Shown here piece after piece: positions 23,159 to 34,222 of a DNA stretch of 64,000 bases. The position numbers were made by a program, and so were the translations under genes. Source of the stretch: Octopus sinensis (Eukaryota); the NCBI RefSeq assembly GCF_006345805.1, contig NC_043010.1, forward strand, positions 5,270,001-5,334,000, read 5' to 3'. How positions within the stretch are numbered: position 1 is the first letter of the stretch; every line of letters begins with the position of its first letter. The notes under the pieces were generated by a model. That model saw only the letters and a program-made list of their open reading frames with translations, made no database searches and was not told the origin of the DNA.

Positions 23159-23544
23159 ATATACATACATTGTGTGTGTGTGTGTGTGGATGGGTAGTAG
23201 GAAATTTCTCTGTAAACATTGCACCATGCGAAAATTTACCATATAAAACTTCATTTTAAATTACCTCATCAAATTTTTTGAATGTTTCTCATTGAAATAA
23301 AGACCTGCCTATTTAATGATTTTATAAAACATTCTATTATCCTATATATATATTTTTTTTTTGTTCAGAAATGGTGATATAATTATCCATACAGTGAATT
23401 TTTCTTACAATGAATTTTCCTACACTGCAAAATTTCATACAGCAAATTTTCCGGAGACAGTGTATGTGTATCTGTATATATATATGTGTGTGTGGTTGCG
23501 CACGTGTGTGTGTGTGTGTTTGTGTGTGTATGTATACATGCTTG

Positions 23545-23806
23545 TATTGTTTGCCGGCGGCTGGCGCAGCGCAATCACCACAGGAGCAAAGACAGCTGAG
23601 GAGAGACGGATTCAGTCAGCAGAACAGAAACGCCAGATGTGGAAAGCCAGAGCCACCTGCACCAATAGCACAGCCCTTACCCACTTCTGCCCCACTTGTG
23701 GGAGGGGCTTTCTTGCCTGGATTGGCCTCACCAGCCACCTCCGGTCTCATAGCAGCAATTCCACCAAATGATGTCAATGGTCATCTTCGAACCCGAAGGA
23801 CAAACA
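23545..23806 (+). mobile_element. RTE-BovB-like LINE 3' end (lineage 1)
   Basis: WRSAITTGAKTAEERRIQSAEQKRQ..FCPTCGRGFLAWIGLTSHLRSH (C2H2-like C-terminus), then tail ATGGTCATCTTCGAACCCGAAGGACAAACA. Confidence 0.85.
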
Positions 23807-23837
23807 TTATACATGCTTGTATGTATAAGTAATCATT

Positions 23838-24110
23838 ATCATCATCATCATTTAATGTGTGTTTTCCATGTTGGCATGGGTTGGATGGTTTGATAGGTGC
23901 TGGCTAGTCAGAAGACTACACCAGGCTTCAGTATCTGTTTTGGCAAGGTTTTTATGCCCTTCGTAACACCAGCCACCCTGCAGAGTGGACTGACTGCTTT
24001 TTACATGGCATCTGCACAAGCGAGGGCAGTTTTGACATGGTTTTCATAGCTGGGTGCCCTTCCAAATGCCAACCATTTTACAGCATGAACTGGATGCTTT
24101 TTATGTGGCA
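23838..24110 (-). mobile_element. Old family C-related element
   Basis: CATCATCATTTAATG..CCATGTTGGCATGGGTTGGATGG..GCCCTTC; two degenerate units. Confidence 0.65.
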
Positions 24111-24280
24111 CCATCATTGGGAGGGTGAACAAGTAAGTTGCAAGACAAAGATTCTTTGAAAAGGGAGGGAACATAGGTGGGGGTGACCTTATGCAAGATG
24201 ATGAAAGATTAAAGTGCAACAGAGAGACAGGAACAGGTATGTTGTTGTAGAGGATATACATGATTACCTAGCTAGAGGGA

Positions 24281-24490
24281 GAGAGCAAGAGAAAGGGTGA
24301 GAGTGGAAGAGAGCGAGAGAAAGAGTGAGAGTGGAAGAGAGCAAGAGAAAAGGTGAGAGTAGAAGAGAGCGAGAGAAAGGGTGAGAGTGGAAGAGAGCGA
24401 GAGAAAGGGTAAGAGTGGAAGAGAGCGAGAGAAAGAGTGAGAGTGGAAGAAAGTGAGAGAAAGGGTGAGAGTGGAAGAGAGCGAGAGTGT
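24281..24490. repeat. 28-bp purine-rich minisatellite, ~7 units
   Basis: Unit GAGAGCGAGAGAAAGGGTGAGAGTGGAA. Confidence 0.9.
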
Positions 24491-24814
24491 GAGAGCACAA
24501 GAAAGAGCAGGAAAGAAATGGTGGTTAAGTGCCACGGCATACTCACAAGGAATGCAGATCAGATTATATATATGAGATGGTAGAGTAGAAAAAGAGAGAG
24601 ATAGAGGGTGATGAAGTGCCAGGGCATACTCTCAAGTGACAGGGGTCAGAATATAAATGATAGAGTATTGCCAATTTTCTTTGGACTCTCACATTTTGTC
24701 CCCTGTTCTATCAATTATTCTTAGATTTCTAATACCAACTGCTCAAAGTTAACACACCATTTCTTATGGCTTAATGTTTAGAAGAAATTTAATGCTAACC
24801 TGCAGGTATAACAA

Positions 24815-24950
24815 GTGTAGGCACATGGCCAAGTAGTTAAGGTGTTGCACTCATGATTGTAAGATCGTAGTTTCAATTCCCACAACGGGCAGCGCATTGT
24901 GTTCTTGAGCAAAACACTTAATTTCATATTGCTCCAGTTCACTCAGCTAC
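24815..24950 (+). mobile_element. SINE family D 5' part
   Basis: GTAGGCACATGGCCAAGTAGTTAAG..GTGTTCTTGAGCAAAACAC..TTGCTCCAGTTCACTCAGCT. Confidence 0.75.
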
Positions 24951-25232
24951 ATCTAAATTAATTCCAGTAGTATTTGGGAAATTTACTTTCCATGGTCTGG
25001 CATCTCATTCAGGTGAGATTCTCACTCATTCAGGTATTCCCACTCACTTAAAATTTATGGAAACCATGTTAAGCCCCGTCCATATGAGTCTTAGGGTTCT
25101 TGATAGAACTAAGCATGTGTTACACAACATAACATCAACGTTGAACAATGTTCTGTTAGCCCAGTATGCTTGCTAAGTATGTAGAATACACATTGTAGGT
25201 ATAATTTGGCAGAATGTTTAAAATGTTTCCTT

Positions 25233-25626
25233 CACAGGAGTGGCTGTGTGATAAGTAGCTTGTCTACCAACCACATGGTTCCGGGTTCAGTCCCACTGCG
25301 TGGCACCTTGGGTAAGTGTCTTCCCTCAGGCCGACCAAAGCCTTTGAGTGGATTTGGTAGACGGAAACTGAAAGAAGCCCATCGTACATATGTATATATA
25401 TATATATGTATGTGTGAGTGTTTGTGTGTCTGTATCTGTACCCCCAACATCCCTTGACAACTGATGCTGGTGTGTTTACGTCCCCATAACTTAGCAGTTC
25501 GGCAAAACAGACTGATAGAATAAGTACTAGGCTTACAAAGAATAAGTCCTGAGGTCGATTTGCTCGACTAAAAAGGTGGTGCTCCAGCATGGCCACAGTT
25601 AAATGACTGAAACAAGTAAAAGAGTA
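25233..25626 (+). mobile_element. SINE family A, full length
   Basis: All family A blocks. Confidence 0.9.
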
Positions 25627-26114
25627 ATAATGAGATGATGGGTTCAAACCCATGTGTGGTATCTAGAGCAAGTATCATGTTTTCTGTGTGAAATTGGGTA
25701 GATGGAAACTGTATGGAAGCCCTTTGGATGGATTGCACCTGTATTTCAAAAATCAAGCCTTGTTACAATATGTCAGGCTGATGTGAAAGTGTGTGGCTAA
25801 ATGGTTAGGGAATTCATCTCATGACCCTAAGGTCATGAGTTCAATTCTCAGTAATGTGCTGTGTCCTTGAGCAATACACTTTATTTCACATTACTCTAGT
25901 CTACTCAGATAGTAAAAAATCACTTGCACCTGTAATTATTATACATATATTAATGTAGAACAGTATCCAAGGTGATATAATTGGAGAGTATAATAAAAGT
26001 TCTGTGATATCACCAGCAATAAATCTTAATTTAGAAAACTGAAGAAGTTTGACTACTATCTTCTATATAATATATATATATGTATATATATGTATATCTT
26101 AGTATGTATCTATA

Positions 26115-26169
<55 letters not shown>

Positions 26170-26635
26170 TACATACATACATATATGTATATCCATACAT
26201 GTTAACTATGTGTATATATATATATATATATCATCATCATCATCATCATTTAACATCCGTCTTCCATACTGGTGAAATACATTCACATGTATTTCACATT
26301 CAACATACCCTTCCAGCATAGCAGCACCCGCCAGACTTTTCAAAGTTGATCTCTAATAGTTTATAAAATAAGCAGCAGAATAAGTTGATAAATAATTGAA
26401 CAAGTAAAACTAGCAATGTTTTAGTGCAGGTGGTTGCCAACAGCCAAAATATATTGCAAAATTGTACATTAGGAATATCGAATATAATATCAAAAAACTT
26501 TTCAAAACTATATAAGAATTGCCAAATGTTTTTTGGTTTTTTTTTTTGAAAGAATACAAGATATCGCAATGATAAATTTCAATAAAGGAAATTGTTGTTC
26601 AAAAATTAACTATGCAGGGAAAAATTAAACAAATA

Positions 26636-26806
26636 GGCGCAGGAGTGGCTGTGTGGTAAGTAGCTTGCTAAGCAACCACATGGTTCTGGGTTCAGTCCCA
26701 CTGCATGGCATCTTGGGCAAGTGTCTTCTGCTATAGCCCTGGGCCGACCAATGCCTTGTGAGTGGATTTGGTAGACGGAAACTGAAAGAGGCCTGTCGTA
26801 TATATG

Positions 26807-26839
<33 letters not shown>

Positions 26840-27050
26840 TTGTGTGTCTGTGTTTGTCCCCCTAGCATTGCTTGACAACCGATGCTGGTGTGTTTATGTC
26901 CCTTCACTTAGCGGTTCAGCAAAAGAGACTGATAGAATAAGTACTAGGCTTACAAAGAATAAGTCCCGGGGTCGATTTGCTCGACTAAAGGTGGTGCTCC
27001 AGCATGGTTGCAGTCAAATGACTGAAACAAGTAAAAGAGTAAAAGAGTAA
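26636..27050 (+). mobile_element. SINE family A, full length
   Basis: All family A blocks; (AAAAGAGT)n tail. Confidence 0.9.
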
Positions 27051-27268
27051 ATAAAATAAAATAAACTTTGATATTTGCTGTTAATAAAATAAAGGTTTAG
27101 AAATCTTTGCAATATTGCTTTATCACATTTTAACTAGAATCAACAGCAAAAATTGTTATAAAGGTGTGGTGTGTTTGACACACACACACACCATGAATAA
27201 ATATATTGTTTAACTACCATAACTTATTTTTATTGTAACTATTAATTGTTCTTAACATAGACATTAGG

Positions 27269-27548
27269 TTATAAACTGGGAGCAAGCAAGGGTTAGGGGA
27301 TTGACTCCACTCAAGTACTTGATTGGTACTTTATTATAAACTGGGCACAAGCAAGGGTTAGGGGATTGACTCCACTCAAGTACTTGATTGGTACTTTATT
27401 ATAAACTGGGCACAAGCAAGGGTTAGGGGATTGACTCCACTCAAGTACTTGATTGGTACTTTATTATAAACTGGGCACAAGCAAGGGTTAGGGGATTGAC
27501 TCCACTCAAGTACTTGATTGGTACTTTATTATAAACTGGGCACAAGCA
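27269..27548. repeat. 65-bp minisatellite, 4.3 almost identical units
   Basis: Units start at 27269, 27334, 27399, 27464 and 27529; each contains the 12-bp palindrome TCAAGTACTTGA and GGGTTAGGGG. Confidence 0.95.
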
Positions 27549-27721
27549 GGGATGTGTGGTAACAAGTTTGCTTCCCAGCCACATAGTTCCAAGTTCAAGA
27601 CTGCTATGTGGCACCTCAAGCAAGTATACTCTATAGTGGCCAAGGACAGACAAAAGCCATGTGAGTGGATTTGATAGATGGAAACTGAAAGAAGCCCATT
27701 GTGTGTGTGTCACCATTCTTC

Positions 27722-28115
27722 ACCATTGACTCCGCTGGGCAGGTCACGTCCAGTGTATAGAGCCTTCTTGTCTCCCAAGGATCATGCTCTATGGAGAACT
27801 TGCAATCAGAACAAGACCCAGTGGAGGTCTGAAATTCCTCTTTAAAGACCAGCTGAAATGAACCTTGGCGCAAGCTAATATCCAGCCATCCTCATGGGAA
27901 CAGATTGCCATGGATAGGACATCCTGGAGGACTGCTATCTGCAATGGAGCCACCTCCTTCAAACAGAACAGACAACAAAATAAGGAGGCAAAATGTAGAA
28001 GAAAGGAGTGTCTTCAAAATCCTCGACCTGCTCTGACCATCCCATGCAAGTTCTGCCCATGACACTTCCACCACTGAGTTGGACTCCAAAGTCATTTCCA
28101 GCACAAACATCAGCT
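27722..28115 (+). mobile_element. RTE-BovB-like LINE 3' ORF2 remnant (lineage 2)
   Basis: LRWAGHV..PRIMLYGEL..FKDQLK*TLAQANIQPSSWEQIAMDRTSWRTAICNGA..IPCKFCP..VGLQSH; starts at the internal (TG)n of a SINE A 5' half (27541-27712). Confidence 0.85.
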
Positions 28116-28192
28116 GAGGAGACTGGATAGAAACTGATTAACCCAATGCTCGGATACAAGCTGGAGCCAATGATATATATATATAAACACAA

Positions 28193-28588
28193 GCGCAGGA
28201 GTGGCTGTGTGGAAAGTAGCTTGTTTACCAACCACATGGTTCCGGGTTCAGTCCCACTGCGTGGTACCTTGGGCAAGTGTCTTCTACTGTAGCCTCGGGC
28301 CAACCAAAGCCTTGTGAGTGGATTTGGTAGACAGAAACTGAAAGAAGCCCATCGTATATATGTATATATATGTATGCATGTGTGTGTGTTTGTCCCCCTA
28401 GCATTGCTTGACAACCGATGCTGGTGTGTTTATGTCCCCGTTACTTAGCAGTTCGGCAAAAGAGACTGATAGAATAAGTACTGAGCTTACAAAAAGAATA
28501 AGTCCTGGGGTCGAGTTGCTCGATTAAAGGCGGTGCTCCAGCATGGCCGCAGTCAAATGACTGAAACAAGTAAAAGAGTAAAAGAGTA
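28193..28588 (+). mobile_element. SINE family A, full length
   Basis: All family A blocks. Confidence 0.9.
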
Positions 28589-28672
28589 TATATAGTCAGT
28601 AGATCATATACCCCAAAAAAGAAGTATACTCTAAAATATTAAAGCTGTAATATATGTAAGTTGTTTATTATT

Positions 28673-29131
28673 GCCAGTAAGAGAATGACCATTGGTTTTG
28701 CGCCTATAAAGCACTTAAATTTACGGCAACTAATCAGATTCAAAGGGCCTGTAACACATAACCTCTCTATAACTGGAGGGAGGAAAATGTCATGGTTAGT
28801 TACTTCTGTAAACAAAAAATATATATCAGGAACAAACCCTGCAGGTAGGCTTTCAGGTGGGGGTTATCTCCCTTACATCATTTCCAGCCATGATGGTTTA
28901 TGAAACTTGTGGCATGCTCCTGTTTGGCAAATAAGGAAGTCCAAGCTTGCAACATGATAGTCTCTGATAAGGGCATTGTCTAAACACTTCTTTTCTGGAG
29001 TTTAAAAAGTGCTCCCATCCAGGTCAAGCACATTTTTCAGGATTCTTGCTCTCTTGGCCAAGCAAAGGATGAATTGCCTATATATCTAAGCACATTATAG
29101 GTGCAAAACCAATGGTCACTCTCTGACCAGC
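28673..29131. mobile_element. Possible MITE/foldback element with ~58-bp degenerate terminal inverted repeats
   Basis: 28673-28729 vs reverse complement of 29074-29131 ~80% identical; core TGACCATTGGTTTTGC(G/A)CCTATAA; no TSD seen. Confidence 0.45.
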
Positions 29132-29216
29132 CATAGCAAACAGCTTTCTGCATATGTATATATGTATGTATATACATATGTGCATATATATATACATACA
29201 TACATACATAGATATA

Positions 29217-29292
<76 letters not shown>

Positions 29293-29966
29293 CAGAGAGA
29301 AAGAGAGAGAGAGAAGTGAAATAGAAACAGTGCATGTATTTAATATTGGGATAATGACTCTCCCAAGATTTGACAAAATTTATTCATTATTTTATGGGTA
29401 ATTATATTTATTGCTAGCTTTTATCTTCCACTTGTCTCACCCATTGGTCTGTGGCCATGCTGCGATACCACCTTGAAGGCTTCGATTCCAGTACTTATTT
29501 CTTTTTAAGCCTAGTACTTATTCTGTCAATCTCTTTTTGCCAAACTGCTAGGTTACAAGAACATTACACAGGTTGTGAAGCAGTGGTAGTGGTGGTGGAG
29601 CCAAACACAAACAACAACAGAGGCACACATACAGCCAGCCTTCCACCACTATCCCCATTGTAAAAATAATGTGCAAGTGGCTAAGCACTACATAGACACA
29701 CATAACCTTAACACAGTCCTCAGGGAGATTCAATATGACAAAGATTGAGACAATATGACAAAGATTGTGCTTAGATGTATAGGCAATTCATCCTTTGCTT
29801 GGCCAAGAGAGCAAGAATCCTGAAAAACTTGCTTGACCTGGGTGGGGACACTTTTTAAACTCCAGAAAAGAAGTGTTTAGACAATGCCCTTATCAGAGAC
29901 TATCATGTTGCAAGCTTGGACTTCCTTATTTGCCAAACAGGAGCATGCCACAAGTTTCATAAACCA
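28894..29966. repeat. 201-bp inverted duplication (arms 28894-29094 and 29766-29966, 671-bp spacer)
   Basis: Arms align at ~96% by eye. Confidence 0.95.
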
Positions 29967-29969
29967 GGT

Positions 29970-30112
29970 AAAACTCATTTTTGCCAGCTGTGTGAACTGG
30001 AGCAATGTGAAATAAGTTGTCTTGCTCAAGGACCTAAAAGCACCACCAGGTATTGAACTCACAGCCTCACAATCATGAACAGAATACCCTAACCACTAAG
30101 CCACGTGCTTTC
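29970..30112 (-). mobile_element. SINE family D 5' part
   Basis: CTCATTTTTGCCAGCTG..GAACTGGAGCAATGTGAAAT..TTGCTCAAG..AACCACTAAGCCACGTGC. Confidence 0.75.
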
Positions 30113-31680
30113 ACTTTTTTCCAGTATGCAGGGCACGTGTCATCACATGATTATAATATGTCGTTTTGTGAGCCAATAGAGGGAACCTTGAGAGAATTTT
30201 GGCTGTTACTTCTGGCTGATTGAATAAACATGTAAAGGCTCCTTCATTAGCCAATGGCTTTTCATGTAGAAATAGTGGTATGATGTTAATAGTTGCTGCA
30301 AAGAAGAAAACATAATTATGATGGTAGCTCTAGTTTTAACTTTTATGCACAAGCATTGTACAAATGAAACTGATGGCTTCCATATTCTATAGTATGTTTA
30401 TAATGACAACCAGTTCATTGTGTCTGTTTGTTTCCTGACCTGTCAAGTAAGACAGTGCAGTATTTGGTTGTAACAGTAATTGGCTTTAACAAGCATCCAC
30501 TTATTTATTATAAATGCTTGAATATAGCAATAAATGACCACTATGTAAATGTACCAGATACTACCAAGGTTAACTCTCCTTTCTCTAAATGAAGATGTTA
30601 TTTTGGGAAGTGCAGATCAAATTTGCTGATCTACTGAAATTTAAATATCTAGCTTGCTAAGAATGATTATGATTAGAGAAGAATGTGTCTATGCCTGTTG
30701 AGGATGGGGGGGGAGAAAAATGAATAATTCAAACAGTGCAAGCTTTTATGAACTTCACCGAGTACCTTTAATTAGCTGTAATGCTGAAAATACATTTCAA
30801 ATCACTTTTGCATTTAATGTAAATTGCTTTTAGATCTTACATGAGTCTGAGTTATTCTTGAGTTCTATTATGTTACAGTAAACTTGCACACAATATTTGT
30901 ATGTGATGATAATAAATTTGTAGAATTATGGTATGTAACCACCGAAAGATGACTCATCTTTTTTGACAGCTTCATAATCAGCTTCTGCTCTGAGATTTTA
31001 CCATTAACATTCGTCTTTCTTTTATTTTAAAATATTAAGGTTTGCTGATAACTCAGGAGACCGACATTCAACACGGGGACCCTAAAATGGTTTTATCTCA
31101 TGCATAATATTTCAAATATTAACAGTAAATGATGACATTATTTAATTTTCATTTTTTTTTTAAATATTTTTATTCACTCAGATTTCATTTTCCATGCTGC
31201 AATGATTTCAAATTTGAACATTTGCATTAAAATTTTTGAGAAAACATTTTTAATGGTTGAATACACTTTCTAATGCAAATGATTGTGGTATGATACAAGT
31301 GATGATTAAATAAGAAAACTCTTGTGAAACTTGTTACCAATTTTTCTCAGTTATTTACAAGAACAAAGCTGAAAATTAAACACTTCATAGTGTTAAATTC
31401 AATGTTTCACAGTGACATGTTGAAACACTGTCAATACTAATTTGCCTTTTATTCCAATAAATGACTAATAGTAGTATACTTGAGACAAGTGGTTTGACAG
31501 CAGACAAACATCTCTTTATCCATAAAATTACCTTTTCAGTTAATAAAGTTTGCTAGAAGTATTATAAATTGGATCAACTGAGGAAAGAAAGAGGTGAAAA
31601 TCATCAGAACTTATAGATGAGTAGCCAGCAAATTATTTTAATGAAACAGATGGTGATTTTGCACAGTGGCTTATTATCTA

Positions 31681-32246
31681 TTGGGTTGTCCGGAAAGTTC
31701 ATGCCGATTTATACTAGCTTGCCTTTTGACTTATTTTAGAACATGGTTGAGTCCATAAAATAGGATTTGATTACACCTCCATTTAGAGCACAGTTTAAGC
31801 TATCTTTCCGTGGAAGAAGGTTTATATTCCTATAACCTGTGTTAATTTTGTAATCCTTTCAAATGGAAGATAAAGAAGTTCATTTTCGGCACTTGATGCT
31901 TTGGAAACCAGACAAAAATTGCTGCAGCTTGGCTGGGATGTGTTACCCCACCCTCCATATTCACCAGATATTGCTCCTTCAGATTTCCACTTATTCAGGT
32001 CTCTGCAGAATAGTCTTAATGGTAAAAATTTCAATTCCTTGGATGACATAAAAAGATACCTTGATGAATTCTTTTCCATGAGAACACCTCAATTCTGGGA
32101 AGAGGGTATTTTTAAATTAAAGGAATGATGGAGATGCATTGTGCAACAAAATGGTTCATATTTGGTTGATTAAAAATGTAGTGGCAAGTATTTATTGACC
32201 TTTTTCTTTCCTTTACAAATTGGCATGAACTTTCCAGACAACCCAA
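31681..32246 (+). mobile_element. Non-autonomous, internally deleted mariner, copy 2
   Basis: Same TIRs, TA flanks and deletion junction as 9227-9793; ETRQKLLQLGWDVLPHPPYSPDIAPSDFHLF. Confidence 0.95.
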
Positions 32247-32335
32247 TACATAGTTTTATAGTTTTCCATTTGTTATGAATCTCTTTTTATACTTTTGTGT
32301 GGACTTAGTTCCTTCATATTATATCTTTATAAAAA

Positions 32336-32488
32336 TGTATTTACTGATGTATAAAACCATACTGTTTTATACTTGATTTTAACTGATAAAAACTAGGGTG
32401 TGACTATAAAGCTAAAACAATGAAGGGAAAAATTTTGAACCGAATTTAACCCTACCTTAGGGGTGCAACTTATAAATGAGTAAATACA
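32336..32488. mobile_element. Small pogo/Tigger-like MITE
   Basis: TIR TGTATTTACTGATGTATAA vs TTATAAATGAGTAAATACA (17/19). Confidence 0.6.
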
Positions 32489-32698
32489 ATGACAAGGACT
32501 CATATAATCGAACTATGTTGGACATTGACACATCATCACTTATGTTTCTTCTCACTGATGATACAATATCCTATTATATTTTAATGCGAACAATAATGTT
32601 TTTAGAATATTTAAATTTGCCTTGAGAGATCCTCTTGTGGAAATGTATGGTGCTTAAAAGCACTCGCATATATTGTAGCAGATGAGAGTTATTTGGTA

Positions 32699-32769
32699 CC
32701 AGTGCTGGAACTGCCAGACCATGAGATTTCAGCATACTCTGCTTCTTCAGTGATAAGCATCCAGCACCG
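32699..32769 (-). ncRNA. Type I hammerhead ribozyme motif with extended stem I and GUC site
   Basis: Minus strand: GUGCUGGA UGCUUA UCA-CUGAAGA-AGCA GAGUA UGCU-GAAA-UC UCAU GG UC^UGG CAGU UCCAGCAC; cleavage between 32717 and 32716. Confidence 0.8.
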
Positions 32770-33504
32770 CATAACAGCCACAAAATCTGAGTATTGTACC
32801 ACTCTTAACACCCAGTGCTTTCATAGTAACCATAGTAAACATGGTAACCCAATGCCTCTATAGTCATTCACAACACTTTCACTGGTTGGGTGCCCTCACC
32901 CAGGTTAAGGGCCACTATTCTAAACTGCATTGCAAATAGAAATAAGTTCAGGGACCACTGAGTTAAAATAGAATATGACTAAACTATTTTTTCATGTCAA
33001 GTTGGTGGCAATCAACAAAATGGTATAATATCAGAGCTGGATCAAAAGATATAAAGAAACGGTTTATTCTAGGAAATATAGAAGAAATAAACAAACATCA
33101 AGGTAAGATATTTAGGAACTAAGCAGTTAGCAAAATGATAGGTTTGACAAGCTAGATAGAAAGCACAGTAAGATTTCAAATGTCACTTGACAAGATGAGA
33201 AATATGAGCTGATTTGAATTTCAAAGACGCATGTCATGACAAATCAGGATATCTTTGGAAAGAATCTAATCTGGAAATACTTGTACTCAGGAACCACTGT
33301 ACTTAAATTGTGTCATTACGGGAAATTTCTGAATGGGAATTATGAATGGAAATATTTGGAGGCCAACAATATATTTAGCTAAAGGGGATTATCTGGATGT
33401 TTGCACATTCACATTCATCACCGCAGCCGCCACCGCCACCACCGCCACCGCCACCACCACCACCACCACACCGCTGCTGCCACTGCCACCACTACCACCA
33501 CCAT

Positions 33505-33725
33505 CATCTTAACATTCACATTTCCAATCTCGCATGGGTCGGGGAGAGTTTACTGTTGCAAATTCTCTACAGTTGGATGCCCTTCCTGTTGCCAACCTAT
33601 GCCAGCTTCCAAGCAAGGTAATATTTTCCCACAGCCAGACATGTTTTTGCAGTATACTGGAAGTTACCAACACTGTTTATATGAAATAACACTCATTTAC
33701 AATTATTCACATGATGTTAAGACAA
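33505..33725 (-). mobile_element. Family H: element with RTE-type 3' end (related copies ~46960-47150, 53440-53610, 60190-60420)
   Basis: GGATGCCCTTCCTGTTGCCAACC and AGCAAGGTAATATTT blocks; tail abuts a (CCA/CCG)n tract at 33420-33505. Confidence 0.6.
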
Positions 33726-33966
33726 AGCCACAAACACTCACACACATACACTCACACACACATGATTTAGAACTGAAGGAATTTTGAAAAAGATATCTGC
33801 TGAAAGCATTACAATAGTTAAGATATTGTAATGGCACAGGAGTGGCTGTGTGGTAAGTAGCTTGCTTACCAACCACATGGTTCCGGGTTGAGTCCCACTG
33901 CATGACACTTTAATTGATAATTACACTAAATATTACCTACATATATATATATATATATATATATAT

Positions 33967-34173
33967 GTGACCTTGTGAGTACCGCTAGCGATTTTTTTTC
34001 CTCTGTCTTCCCTTCTCGGGATCTTTCCTTCTCCTATGTTTCTGATGAAGAGCTCCGCTTGAAACGTTAAACCCTCCTTCTTCCCTTCTTTCCTGAGCGT
34101 CCAATAATTCTATATTTGTTCCACGTCCTCGTGTTGCTGTGTTTTTTTTGTGCTTTCTTGTTTGGATTAACTT
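33967..34173 (+). mobile_element. Penelope-like terminal-repeat fragment in (TA)n
   Basis: ~207-bp pyrimidine-rich insert between (TA)n tracts, carrying CTGATGAAGAGCTCCGCTTGAAACGTT. Confidence 0.7.
34038..34072 (+). ncRNA. Minimal hammerhead ribozyme motif (dimer-type)
   Basis: GUUU-CUGAUGA-A-GAGC UCC GCUU-GAAA-CGUU^AAAC; 4-bp stem I, palindromic ACGU stem III. Confidence 0.7.
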
Positions 34174-34191
34174 TATATATATATATACCCA

Positions 34192-34222
<31 letters not shown>

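Noticed and set aside
27290-27500. Interstitial telomeric sequence
   Set aside because: Only one TTAGGG per 65-bp unit; no (TTAGGG)n run.
27269-27548. CRISPR-like array (regular repeats with a palindrome)
   Set aside because: Units are contiguous and identical with no unique spacers, the context is eukaryotic, and there are no cas genes.
28965-28985. miR-184-like 3' end (CTGATAAGGGC)
   Set aside because: Seed region does not match and there is no local pre-miRNA hairpin.
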